Assembly: GCA_965235115.1 (NCBI GenBank)
Contig: OZ249437.1
Coordinates: 10,726,001 to 10,790,000, forward strand
Length of the DNA: 64,000 nt
Source of the DNA: Laetmonice hystrix
Lineage: Eukaryota
Direction: 5' to 3'
The notes beneath the pieces are model-generated. The model saw nothing but the letters and a program-made list of their open reading frames with translations, had not been told where the DNA came from and made no database searches. Below are positions 51,401 to 62,857 of this stretch, piece by piece. The stretch's first letter is position 1. Each line of letters starts with the position of its first letter. The position numbers and the translations under genes are program-made.

Positions 51401-54007
51401 AGGTATATAATTAAGCATTCTGTAATAAAATGAAAGTAAATATATCTACGGATACCGATAATTTCCGTTATAATGCATCTATAATGCATATATGCATGTA
51501 TAATGCATACCACGATCTGACGTTATTTAATATACATCTATAATAATGGCAGCAGGTATCTCTTGGTATTTCATGAATAAGCGTGAAGAATATTGTTTCA
51601 TTGATGTTTCGGTGATTTACATGTATCTTTCCGACCTATATGGCAGTGTGCCATAAAATATCGTATGTCTCAGTGTATGTATAATGTGTTTATATCACAC
51701 GCAAGGAACATTTGGTAGCTGTCAGGTTTCTTGTGCAAGATAAGGTTAATGTCTAATTTTGATGTAAAATCAATAATAAAATTGTCTTATTTCAATAATA
51801 TTTGCTACAGGGCGAGTGCCCCTTATAAATTAAACAATGCACACATAGTATAGTATAGTCATTCGTGAGTGAACAATATACGTATCACGCTATAATCATG
51901 ATTGATACGAGACAAAACACACACATAATAATTACAGTATGATCGGTAGAACACGGGCCTACAATGTTATTTGTTTGGACAGTATTATGGCCAACCCGAC
52001 CTTCTATAGGTTTGACATACCTCGGTACACAGGCCTATGCACATGTGATGCTATGTATACGCACCCCTATATAGTATGACCATATGTAATGCTAATTGTA
52101 CGAACATAAATCCCTAATAACATGACCAGCCTCTGACCTCCTGGGTTTGACCTCTGACCCCGACCCGTAACCCAATGTGGCCCATCAAAGTGATGGCCCG
52201 GTGAACTGTCCTCTTCCAGATACAGGACCACAGATTCCCAACCAGATAACACCGCTAGAATACGTTAATTACGCGTCTCTCCTCCGACCCCAGACTGGAT
52301 CAAACTCATCCAGCGTGTAAATATATCCATTGTGTTTTCAAATCGTGCGTTCTGGGAGAACAGGAGTCGTATTGTCCGAGTGTCTCCTTATTGAAGTATT
52401 AAATTGCTTATAACAAACGAGGATAGCGTCTGCCATCGTCATATATACATCGCCAGTGGCGCTTACCACCAACGGACGGCGACTTACAGGGTGTACAATG
52501 GACGTATAAAGCCATCATTTTGATGATTTCGAGACGCTTCGCTCCACTGGGGGTCAACGGTATATGATAGCTGGAGGGAATCAACGATCGACGACACTTC
52601 TTCAATTACTTGGATTTCACACTTTGCTATGCAACTTCATAACTCGGCTGTCAAGTTCTTGGTCCGAGCCCTTTTTACGGTAACGGTTTCCTATAAGTTT
52701 TTTTTGGAAATCATAACCATATTTCGTTTTAAGAAATGATTATAAGAATGATGAAGGCTAAAACTAGAAGAAAAGCTTCAATACGTTTTCCCTCCATCAT
52801 CGCCGTTGTCGTAATTATCAATATAATCGGCATCATTTATTTTTATAATTATAATTATTACAATCGTTATAGTTTTGTAATCTGCAGGCAGCAGGGACTA
52901 CATGTATCTGTACCGTGTCCCTCCTCTGTACATTCACTATATAAACTTGTAATCATGCAGTCTTAGTTTATAGTTTGTGAAGTCTCCTAAAAGATGATCG
53001 GTGTTAGAATACAACTTTTCAACATTGTTCAGAAGTTCAGTTCAGTTCGTTATACGCCCAGCCACACAGGTACGATTGGACATACCAAAGCAGTTAGGGG
53101 GGAGAATAATGGGAGAAATGGTCTATATATATATCAGAACATAAATCTCTCCGTATATTCGACATCAGTCATCACTCCATTCGTCGCCTATTACCAGCAG
53201 CAAGGTGTGGGAGCCGAGAACCATTGATATCCCTGACACCAAGGCGGTGACCATGACGTCACGAGTCGGACTCCAGTCCTACCTCACTGATATATTATGT
53301 CTGATAATATTATGTTACTGGACATCTACATCTACATAACAGAACTCCCTTCCTATATCATTTCCCTCGTACTTACAACCATTCAGTAAACACGTTTTTT
53401 CCGTAGTTGTTTCTATAGAATTCCCGAGACTATTTATTATTCATTCATATAAAAATCTAGGAATGCATGATGTATCCTCTGCATGCACGTGCACGTGGAC
53501 CACACATCACACGTTCGGGATTGTATGGGACCTATACATTTATATCACGTTTGGTCTCGCGTCTCTATCGAGGGCGCTCGAACCAGTTGGCATTAAATTG
53601 AAACTGAGACATTGTCCGTTTGGTCTGCCTGCCCCCCGGGCCACGATCCCCCGACTTCAGATTGCTGGCTCCGATATAGCGGCACGTTTTGAGGCACAAT
53701 GGGTGTAAATTAGTCGAGAGGGTTGGTATCCTGGGGCCGCGAGGTCCTCTTGTCTACCAGTGATAGGTGAGTGTTCCATGCAAGACCCGGGGACAATGGG
53801 AGCCGAGGATGGGACCGGGAGATAAGGTGGGAAGGGATGTGGGCGACCGTATGATCTCAGGGAACGAGGTGAGAGACTGCTGGGTCTAAACTAGAAACCA
53901 AATCAACTGGATACATGCAATTAGCCGGGTGTCTTCCTCTTGGCCGAACACATGCCAATTAATGGGTGTGTGTGTGTGTGGTCGATGTCCAGTTTGACCC
54001 GCACGGA

Positions 54008-54140
54008 TATACTCCCACCACACCTATATATATATACCATATACTCCCACCACACCTATATACCATATACTCCCACCACACCTATATACCATATACTCCC
54101 ACCACACCTATATACCATATACTCCCACCACACCTATATA
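54008..54140. repeat. 26-bp minisatellite (TACTCCCACCACACCTATATACCATA), ~5 copies
   Basis: Tandem units grading into the adjacent 20-bp array. Confidence 0.92.
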
Positions 54141-56042
54141 CCCCCACCCCACCTATATATCTCCACCCCACGGATATACTCCTACCCCACCTATATACCC
54201 CCACCCCACAAACATCCTACCACCCTACGTTACACCCCCACCCCACAGATATACCCCCACCCCACAGATATACCCCCACCCCACAGATATACCCCCACCC
54301 CTCAGATATACCCCAACCCCACAGATATACCCCCACCCCACAGATATACCCCCACCTCACAGATATACCCCCACCCCACAGATATACCCCCACCCCACAG
54401 ATACACACCCACCCCACAGATATACCCTCACCCCACAGATATACCCCACCCCACAGATAAACCCCTACCCCACAGATATACCCTCACCCCACAGATATAC
54501 CCCACCCCACAGATAAACCCCTACCCCACAGATATACCCCCACCCCACAGATATACCCCCACCCCACAGATATACCCCCACCCCACAGATATACCCCAAC
54601 CCCACAGATATACCCCCACCCCACAGATATACCCCCGCCCCACAGATATACCCCCACCCCACAGATATACCCCACCCCACAGATATACCCCCACCCCTCA
54701 GATATACCCCCACCCCACAGATATACCCCCACCCCACAGATATACCCCGCCCCACAGATATACTCTCACCCCACAGATGGGGCCTCGGGTGGCCGAGTGG
54801 TCTAAGGTGTCGGCTCCATCATGACACCTAGGACCATCGCCTCACACCGCTGCGACCCGGGTTCGATTCCCGGCCTGGGCTGCATGTGTGAAAGGTTTGT
54901 CAGTCAGTTCCTTCCCGAAGGTCGGTGGTTTCCTCCGGGTACTCCGGTTTCCTCCACCAAGAAAAACTGACTTTCATCTCATCTTCACCGCCGTGATATG
55001 ACCCTGGCTGTTGCAAGGCGTAAAACCCCAAATACCCACCCACCCACCCACCCACCCCACAGATATACCCCCACCCCACAGATATACCCCCACCCCACAG
55101 ATATACCCCCACCCCACAGATATACCCTCACCCCACAGATATACCCCCACCCCACAGATATACCCCCACCCCACAGATATACCCCCACCCCACAGATATA
55201 CCCCCACCCCACAGATATACCCCCACCCCACAGATATACCCCCACCCCACAGATATACCCCAACCCCACAGATATACCCCCACCCCACAGATATACCCCC
55301 GCCCCACAGATATACCCCCACCCCACAGATATACCCCACCCCACAGATATACCCCCACCCCTCAGATATACCCCCACCCCACAGATATACCCCACCCCAC
55401 AGAGACACCCCCACCCCACAGATATACCCCCACCTCACAGATATACCCCCACCCCACAGATATACCCCCACCCCACAGATACACACCCACCCCACAGATA
55501 TACCCTCACCCCACAGATATACCCCACCCCACAGATAAACCCCTACCCCACAGATATACCCTCACCCCACAGATATACCCCACCCCACAGATAAACCCCT
55601 ACCCCACAGATATACCCCCACCCCACAGATATACCCCCACCCCACAGATATACCCCCACCCCACAGATATACCCCAACCCCACAGATATACCCCCACCCC
55701 ACAGATATACCCCCACCCCACAGATATACCCCCACCCCACAGATATACCCCCACCCCACAGATATACCCCAACCCCACAGATATACCCCCACCCCACAGA
55801 TATACCCCCACCCCACAGATATACCCCCACCCCACAGATATACCCCAACCCCACAGATATACCCCCACCCCACAGATATACCCCCACCCCACAGATATAC
55901 CCCCGCCCCACAGATATACCCCCACCCCACAGATATACCCCACCCCACAGATATACCCCCACCCCTCAGATATACCCCCACCCCACAGATATACCCCCAC
56001 CCCACAGATATACCCCACCCCACAGATATACCCCCAGCCCAC
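54141..56042. repeat. 20-bp C-rich minisatellite (CCCCACAGATATACCCCCAC), interrupted by a SINE at 54779-55054
   Basis: Tandem units on both sides of the SINE; source of the PHRYT/TPTPQIY ORFs. Confidence 0.97.
54779..55054 (+). mobile_element. Full-length tRNA-derived SINE with V/Meta-type central core
   Basis: A box TGGCCGAGTGG 54790-54800 followed by TCTAAGG; B box GGTTCGATTCC 54860-54870 within a CCGGG/CCCGG T-stem; core GGTGGTTTCCTCCGGGTACTCCGGTTTCCTCCACC 54924-54958; (CCCA)n tail; 11-bp TSD ACCCCACAGAT (54768-54778 / 55054-55064); second copy at 62.4-62.9 kb. Confidence 0.92.
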
Positions 56043-56049
56043 AGTAAGA

Positions 56050-56790
56050 CTTTGCTTAGTTTCTCCAGGCTACATTCAGACATCTCGCACCTATACGGGT
56101 AGAGATGTACGCGGAAGACATGTGCAGGAGAACAATTTATCTGCACGGATTTTACTGGTTTTTGCGATAAGGCGTTTAGAAAATAATTCAGGAAAATAGG
56201 CGTAATTTATAGGGTTATTCGGGGAATCCTTTTTCTGGTATTTTCTTTTTGCTAAGTATTTATAATTGCCAATGACCTATGGACCTATAAAGCCGTCTAT
56301 ACTTGTCTTGTATAATTTTTTATCAACCAACAATGTGGTATTTCTATGGACCCACTTTTAGCTATAGGCTAAGTCATCAGCTGCAAGTATATATTTATGG
56401 ATATAACAGGAACACCTTTAGGGTTGGCCATATTTTCCAGACCGTCATTGGTTTCAGGGAATACCTTTATAGTCCAATACAAAACTCTGTGTGTTACATA
56501 TATAACAACTGTTTCCAGGTGTCTTGCTCTTGGCCAAGACATCTTTCAAAACTTCTTATACCTATACATGATACAAAATATACCCAGACATTGTGTCCAA
56601 GGTAAACCAATGTTATGACTGATACACTTAGATGAAGACACATATTGTTCAATGACTTTACACCCTTTTTACCTTTTTATATATTTTTTTCATACTTAAG
56701 TAATGAACAAACGATAATTTCCTGGTCTTTCTGGCCACACCATTGTCTGAGCAGATCGCTAAAAGCTGCTCCGAGGTTGGTTGTTAATCT
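56050..56790 (-). mobile_element. Decayed non-LTR retrotransposon (CR1/L2-like) reverse transcriptase fragment
   Basis: Minus-strand ordered remnants across frames: NLGAAFSD (cf. DLSAAFD), YFVSCIGIR (cf. GVRQG), ND..KGVP, YILAADDLA (cf. YADD), KW..N..DK..KT, NYKYLA (cf. YKYLG), KLFSCTCLP..YRCE (cf. KLF..LP..YGCE); multiple stops and frameshifts, spacings imperfect. Confidence 0.5.
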
Positions 56791-57950
56791 TCATCAATTT
56801 GAACGTAAACTCGGGTACATTGATGACCTTTGGCTGTCAAAGTTCATTCAATACAACACGTTTATTTTCTCTAATTTTTTGCTCCAATATTTTTCTTCTA
56901 ATTATTTTTTTGGTCTGTACAATGATCCCTTATTGTCCTTTCATAGAGTGACTTTGAAGTAGAATGGTCTAGAGATGGTATAATGTCAGAACCCCATTGA
57001 CCGAGTCTGAACATGGCCCCAAGGTGCATGGATACACAGGTTTCTAGTGGTGATAGTTTAGAGGGTTGTAAGGTCGTCGTGATGGGGGAGGGTGTCCATG
57101 TGATGGCTCCCGACCTATCCCTTCATCTTCCCGCGGCCCAGCCTCACCTGGCGACCCCTGTCCCTCCTGACCCACCCATGGCCTCCCTTCATTAGTGATC
57201 CGAGCTCCTGTCATTGCATGTACATTTGTGAGCAGCCGCCCGGGGGCCAAACGCTCGAATACGTTTACTTTCGCCTCTGTGCAGCGCTCCGACCGTAACA
57301 TGCGATGAAGATCGCCAAGCCCGAGCACCAGTCCTCTCTGCCGCCAACACTGAAACAAAAGCGGCGCTCCAGGTCAGAGAACAATAAAGGGGGTTTTATC
57401 TTTCACCCCTCAAAAGGTGACGACTATCAATGTCCGCGGACCAGCAGTCGGGGGGTAAATGGCCGCCCTTTCTGTTCATACGGTAACCGTTAATGGAGAA
57501 GGACCGAAACCCGTTGGTTTCAACCTTCGGGACGCGTGCATTCTGGCGACTCTTCCAAGTCATGCCACCAACGCATAAAGCCGAGGCTCAGGTGATTTAC
57601 TGGCAAGAGAAAGAGCGCTGGGGCACTTGACGTATGACATTCAGGTAGCAAAGATCACTGCTTTATGAATATGATAATCAACGTTGGCCTTTGTTCATTT
57701 TGCCACCATTGTTCGCGAATCTGCTGAGTGATCAGGAGATGAAGAAGTTATATTTCTGCGGTATGTAGAAGTTCACAATCTATTCGTGTATCTCTATGTC
57801 TGCCTGTATGTATGCATGTCTGTCTGTATGCCTGTATCACATTGTATTCGTGCATAATACATGCATAGCATTCATACTATAGTGCATGCCTGTCTTTTTT
57901 AATTATAAGGGTAAATAAAAGGACTCTATCCCATTCCCCCCTCTCTCCCC

Positions 57951-57956
57951 CTCTCG

Positions 57957-58001
<45 letters not shown>
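57951..58001. repeat. (CT)n microsatellite
   Basis: Dinucleotide run. Confidence 0.95.
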
Positions 58002-58004
<3 letters not shown>

Positions 58005-58288
58005 GTACGGGTATGAGGCTTCGCCCAGTAACCATTCAGAGTCTCGAAAAAGAAAATTGTATATAGAGTATAGCCTACTGGAATCGAACCCTGAGTCTAC
58101 AATAATACTGCATCCATTCACATATAGCATAACGTGTATAATCATAAATATGTTGATGTGGATATACATGCAGGCATACGTGCGTGAATGTAGGTAAGAT
58201 TTAGGCCTAAATGTACATGTGCATATATATGAATGCTATATATATATTTGCAGTATGAATATAGATATGTTGTACTGTTATTCGCCCC

Positions 58289-58881
58289 TTATAATTCATA
58301 GTTCAGTACTGTTCCATTATATTCACTGTTTATTATAGCACACTTTATAATTCATAGTTCAGTCCTGTTCCATTATATTCACTGTTTATTATAGCACACT
58401 TTATAATTCATAGTTCAGTCCTGTTCCATTATTCACTGTTTATTATAGCAACTTTATAATTCATAGTTCAGTCCTGTTCCATTATTCACTGTTTATTATA
58501 GCAACTTTATAATTCATAGTTCAGTCCTGTTCCATTATTCACTGTTTATTATAGCAACTTTATAATTCATAGTTCAGTCCTGTTCCATTATTCACTGTTT
58601 ATTATAGCAACTTTATAATTCATAGTTCAGTCCTGTTCCATTATTCACTGTTTATTATAGCACACTTTATAATTCATAGTTCAGTACTGTTCCATTATTC
58701 ACTGTTTATTATAGCACACTTTATAATTCATAGTTCAGTACTGTTCCATTATTCACTGTTTATTATAGCACACTTTATAATTCATAGTTCAGTACTGTTC
58801 CATTATTCACTGTTTATTATAGCACACTTTATAATTCATAGTTCAGTACTGTTCCATTATTCACTGTTTATTATAGCACAC
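58289..58881. repeat. 53-56-bp AT-rich minisatellite, ~11 copies
   Basis: TTATAATTCATAGTTCAGT(A/C)CTGTTCCATTATTCACTGTTTATTATAGCA(C)ACT repeated, variants in contiguous blocks. Confidence 0.97.
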
Positions 58882-58948
58882 ATTAAAAGTTCTTATGAAT
58901 GACCAGCGTTGTTAAAGGCCACCTGCTATACGGTGTCCCTTGTGAGAA

Positions 58949-59194
58949 NNNNNNNNNNNNNNNNNNNNNNNNNNNNNNNNNNNNNNNNNNNNNNNNNNNN
59001 NNNNNNNNNNNNNNNNNNNNNNNNNNNNNNNNNNNNNNNNNNNNNNNNNNNNNNNNNNNNNNNNNNNNNNNNNNNNNNNNNNNNNNNNNNNNNNNNNNNN
59101 NNNNNNNNNNNNNNNNNNNNNNNNNNNNNNNNNNNNNNNNNNNNNNNNNNNNNNNNNNNNNNNNNNNNNNNNNNNNNNNNNNNNNNNNNNNNNN
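58949..59194. other. N block (assembly gap)
   Basis: Run of N. Confidence 0.98.
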
Positions 59195-60980
59195 GTCCAG
59201 ATCGTGACCAGTGGGGCGGGTGATAACAACCCCTTCACGGGGGTGGAGGTCATGTCATGGGATCCTTGTCGTGTCACTGTGACCGATTACACCCCCCAGT
59301 GTGACCGCACACTATTCCGCACCCCGCTACGTTAACGTGTGTCTCTATCAGAACGTTTGGCTTCGCGGGAGTCATGGCAGAGATCTGCCACTGTTTCCGA
59401 TACGGTATACTGACACTCCGTCTCTACGTCATTAACACCACAACCTCAGCACAGCACCCAGTATCAGGAAACAGCAATTAAATACGTGTTTCCTAACTAT
59501 GCAATCGGAGCTGTATCGGTTTTCGTCCGCTGAGAGATGTTATCTATCGGGAGGCTACGAATACGCGAGGCCGCTACAATAACCTGTCCGTTCCGCGTGT
59601 TATTTTAATGGGTGTCGTTGACGCTCTTTTCAATTCCAAACTTCATAGCCTGACACGCGCTTTTCAGGATTGTCGGTGTATGGTATGGGGTACAACAGGT
59701 TCACGGTACGTGGAGGTAATGGTCTGCCATTGTCGACTTGTTACTGAAGTACAGTTGATTGACGGCATGGGAAAGGTACAAATAAAGCACTTCAAAATTC
59801 AAGTGACTGTTGTCACTGGCCTGGTGCTTGGCAACATCATTTATCGACTATCGGTGACTATAAGCACCAACAGGCTGTGCTGCGCATATAACGTTGTCCT
59901 TGTAGTCGTAACGCGTGCTACAACAGTGGCGTTCTAGTCTCACAATGACAATATTCCGTCTTAAAATACCGAAGACATTGTGCCCCCCCCCCCCCCACAT
60001 TTCCAGCATATACATTTGTTTTAAATATATATTCTTACCGGTATCTGTAGCCAAAGTAAATCGCCTTACACATTAGGCCTACTGCGATCCTTCTCTTGAC
60101 AACGGCTCAAAATAATGTCCAAAAAAACATCATTCTAAACGGTCAGGCCCGCCTATTCTCCGTTTGATTTGTTATTCAGCCTTTATCTTTTAACAATCTT
60201 CCATGTACCATTCTTCAGATCTGTATTTCCTATCCTTTAAGATTGATAACTGCATGAATAGGTTTAAATACGCAGTATATCTGTATGGGCCACTGTGTAT
60301 GTAAACCTAGATTTTACTATAGATTGTGACTATGACAAAAGGCAGACTGTTGAAGCCGTGGTGCACTGATTGTATATATTATAAGCCTATACGTAGGCTC
60401 CCATAATAGTATGTTGAACTGCAACCCGTCCCAGACACTAAAGCTGCCATGGACAACGTTATTTAAACGTCCGTGGACACCTCTATCATTATTTTCTCTG
60501 TCATTCATTTTGTTTAAATTCCGTTCATTCTTTCGGACGATACACAACATGATATGTAGTTACACCAAACTCTAGTGCATAGAATTCCATATTAACATTC
60601 AAAAAGTACTTTATGTTATAATAACAGCCTCCGTTCTCTTTCTTTGTGTTTTGTCCTCCAGCTTTAAAAATCTTCAGAAAAGAGAGATTATTCTAGTTTA
60701 ACCCATGCCACAGAAATGGCTTCCCTGTAGGAGAGCGCTTAATTTATTCAGTGTGGTTTCCTTGAACCATCTTTATTTTCTCTCATGATGCCAGATGGAC
60801 CTCAGTAATATTCACAGATAATCCAGATGCCGTTTAACCCATCCATTGTCACTTCAAGTTGAGAGAGATGGAGTGCCCACTGACAGTATTGGCAATACAC
60901 ACCAAGCAGGTACGACCATGGCATACACCAATGTGAGAAAATACCAGGTGCTCTTCCTACCAGCGACGTGCAACCAGCGG

Positions 60981-61020
60981 ACGCCCCCTAGCGGCGAATG
61001 GTCGCAGCGTCACCTGGCGA
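60981..61020 (-). promoter_or_regulatory. Tandem pair of CTCF-like motifs
   Basis: Minus strand CCGCTAGGGGGCGT (60981-60994, perfect core) and TCGCCAGGTGACGC (61007-61020, near match). Confidence 0.55.
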
Positions 61021-61417
61021 GACCATTGAGAAAGTTTTCCAGGTGGCACTGAACCGGGTATGGGAGATCACCTCAGTCAGATTCAGTCTAGGATCACGGC
61101 ATTAATAGACAAACCTTAGAAATACCGTGATGAAATGGTTAGCCCGGAACCTCTGAAATCAAATAATACATTTTGTCACTCTACCCTTTGCTATATGAGT
61201 TTTCTTTCATAAGTGTTACAGTAATAATTCAGCCATGGAATGTACTGTCTCTTTGAAAGCCTGGTGTCATCTTTGAAATACTCATACCAGCGTTAGACTG
61301 ATAAAAAATACTATCCTACAATAATAGACTGAAAGTCCTTGCTATAATGTACGTGTAGTTTTATAAACTCATACACTCTCTCAGCATTTTGTTTTACCTT
61401 ATAAAAAGAGCTCGTGG

Positions 61418-61700
61418 AAAAGGACAAGCACATTATTATAATATTATCAGGTGGGTAAAAGGACAAGCGCATTATTATAATATTATCAGGTCGGTAAAAG
61501 GACAAGCACATTATTATAACATTATCAGGTGGGTAAAAGGACAAGCACATTATTATAATATTATCAGGTGGGTAAAAGGACAAGCACATTATTATAATAT
61601 TATCAGGTGGGTAAAAGGACAAGCGCATTATTATAATATTATCAGGTGGGTAAGATTATAAAAGGACACGCGCATTATTATAATATTATCAGGTGGGTAA
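61418..61700. repeat. 39-bp minisatellite, ~7 copies (AAAAGGACAAGCACATTATTATAATATTATCAGGTGGGT)
   Basis: Tandem units; gives the RWVKGQAHYYNII ORF artefact. Confidence 0.96.
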
Positions 61701-62150
61701 AAAAAGGAATGGTTATGACTCCACACTATTTATATCTAAGAGAAATCAAATAGTGTTGAACCAAACATTTTGGCTTAGCGCATCCAACTCAGCCCTAATC
61801 ATCGTATCGAGAGTAAAATGCAAACACTACAAACTGCGAGGCTATACACTTCCAGATACCTTTCCTATAAACACCACTTAAAATGCTTTTATATCTTGGC
61901 AGTTACCCAGGTCAACAATCGTACCAGAAACTAGCCTTGTGCTGGTGAGTGCATGTCCGCGATGATCCCTCCCCCTCCTTCCAAACGTTCTCAGGACAAC
62001 TCCATTGGGCACATCGAGACCATTCTGATCCTGGCCCTGAGCCACCGGCCTCGAGCCTCCAGCCACCGGATCCCAGCTTCCGAGACCCGGGCCCGACCCC
62101 AGACTGAGCCCGAGCCCGAGCCCGAGCCCCAGCCCGGGGCTCATAGCCCT

Positions 62151-62191
<41 letters not shown>

Positions 62192-62358
62192 CAGCCCCAG
62201 CCCCAGCCCCAGCCCCAGACCCAGCCCCAGCCCCAGCCCCGGCCCGGGGCTCAGAGCCCGAAGCCCAGAGCCCGAGCCCGAGCCCAAAGCGCAGAGGCTG
62301 AAGCTCAGAGCCCGAAGGTCAGCTCTAGAAGCCCGAAGCTCTGAGCCCAGAGTCCAGA

Positions 62359-62857
62359 GTGGGTGGGTGGGTGTTTTACGCCTTGCAACAGCCAGGGTCA
62401 TATCACGGCGATGAAGATGATGATGAAAATCAGTTTTTCTTGGTGGAGGAAACCGCAGGACCCGGAGGAAACCACCGACCTTCGGGAAGGAACTGACTGA
62501 CAAACCTTTCACAAACCTCTTGTATGTCTGTTAATCTGGCCCCTCTAATGCAGTTTATTTCGAGGTTGTAATTCGGGAATTTAGTGTTCAGATCTCGTAA
62601 TACAGAGTCCCCCCAGAGCTGCAATTTCTATAATCTTATAACATATTGTATATAGCTGTACATATTGTAATATTATTCTCTAACACAGTCGTGAAATAGC
62701 CTCTGTGCTAATGTTTGTATTTTATTATATACGACTCTAAATAAAGTTTATCTTATCTTATCTTATCTTATCTTACACACATGCAGCCCAGGCCGGGGAT
62801 CGAACCCGGACCGCAGCGGTGTGAGGAGATGGTCCTTGGTGTCATGAGCCAACACCG
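62359..62857 (-). mobile_element. Second copy of the SINE, 5'-truncated (A box missing) and interrupted at 62514-62775
   Basis: Reverse complement aligns to 54807-55050 at roughly 90-95% by eye; B box retained; (CCCA)n tail at 62359-62373; possible imperfect TSD GCCCAGAG(T/C)CCAGA. Confidence 0.92.
62514..62775 (+). mobile_element. 262-bp retroposed insertion: LINE-type 3' tail plus an antisense SGNH-esterase-like segment
   Basis: Absent from the other SINE copy; 4-bp duplication CACA (62510-62513 / 62776-62779); AATAAA 62740-62745 then (TCTTA)5; minus strand of 62514-62640 reads GDSVLRDLNTKFPNYNLEINCIRGARLTDIQEV. Confidence 0.75.

Noticed and set aside
54779-54880. tRNA gene
   Set aside because: No closed acceptor stem or canonical anticodon arm; continues into SINE body and tail, so called a SINE head
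53940-56146. PHRYT/TPTPQIY repeat ORFs resembling adhesive or mucin proteins
   Set aside because: 20-bp unit is not a multiple of 3, both strands are open, and the array is interrupted by a SINE
56816-56827. Plus-strand YIDD suggesting a Penelope-like RT
   Set aside because: No GxxMG motif at the right distance; the opposite strand gives a fuller ordered LINE RT match
58080-58090. Perfect B box GGTTCGATTCC on the minus strand
   Set aside because: No convincing A box or tRNA fold; could be a lone TFIIIC site or SINE crumb but cannot be supported
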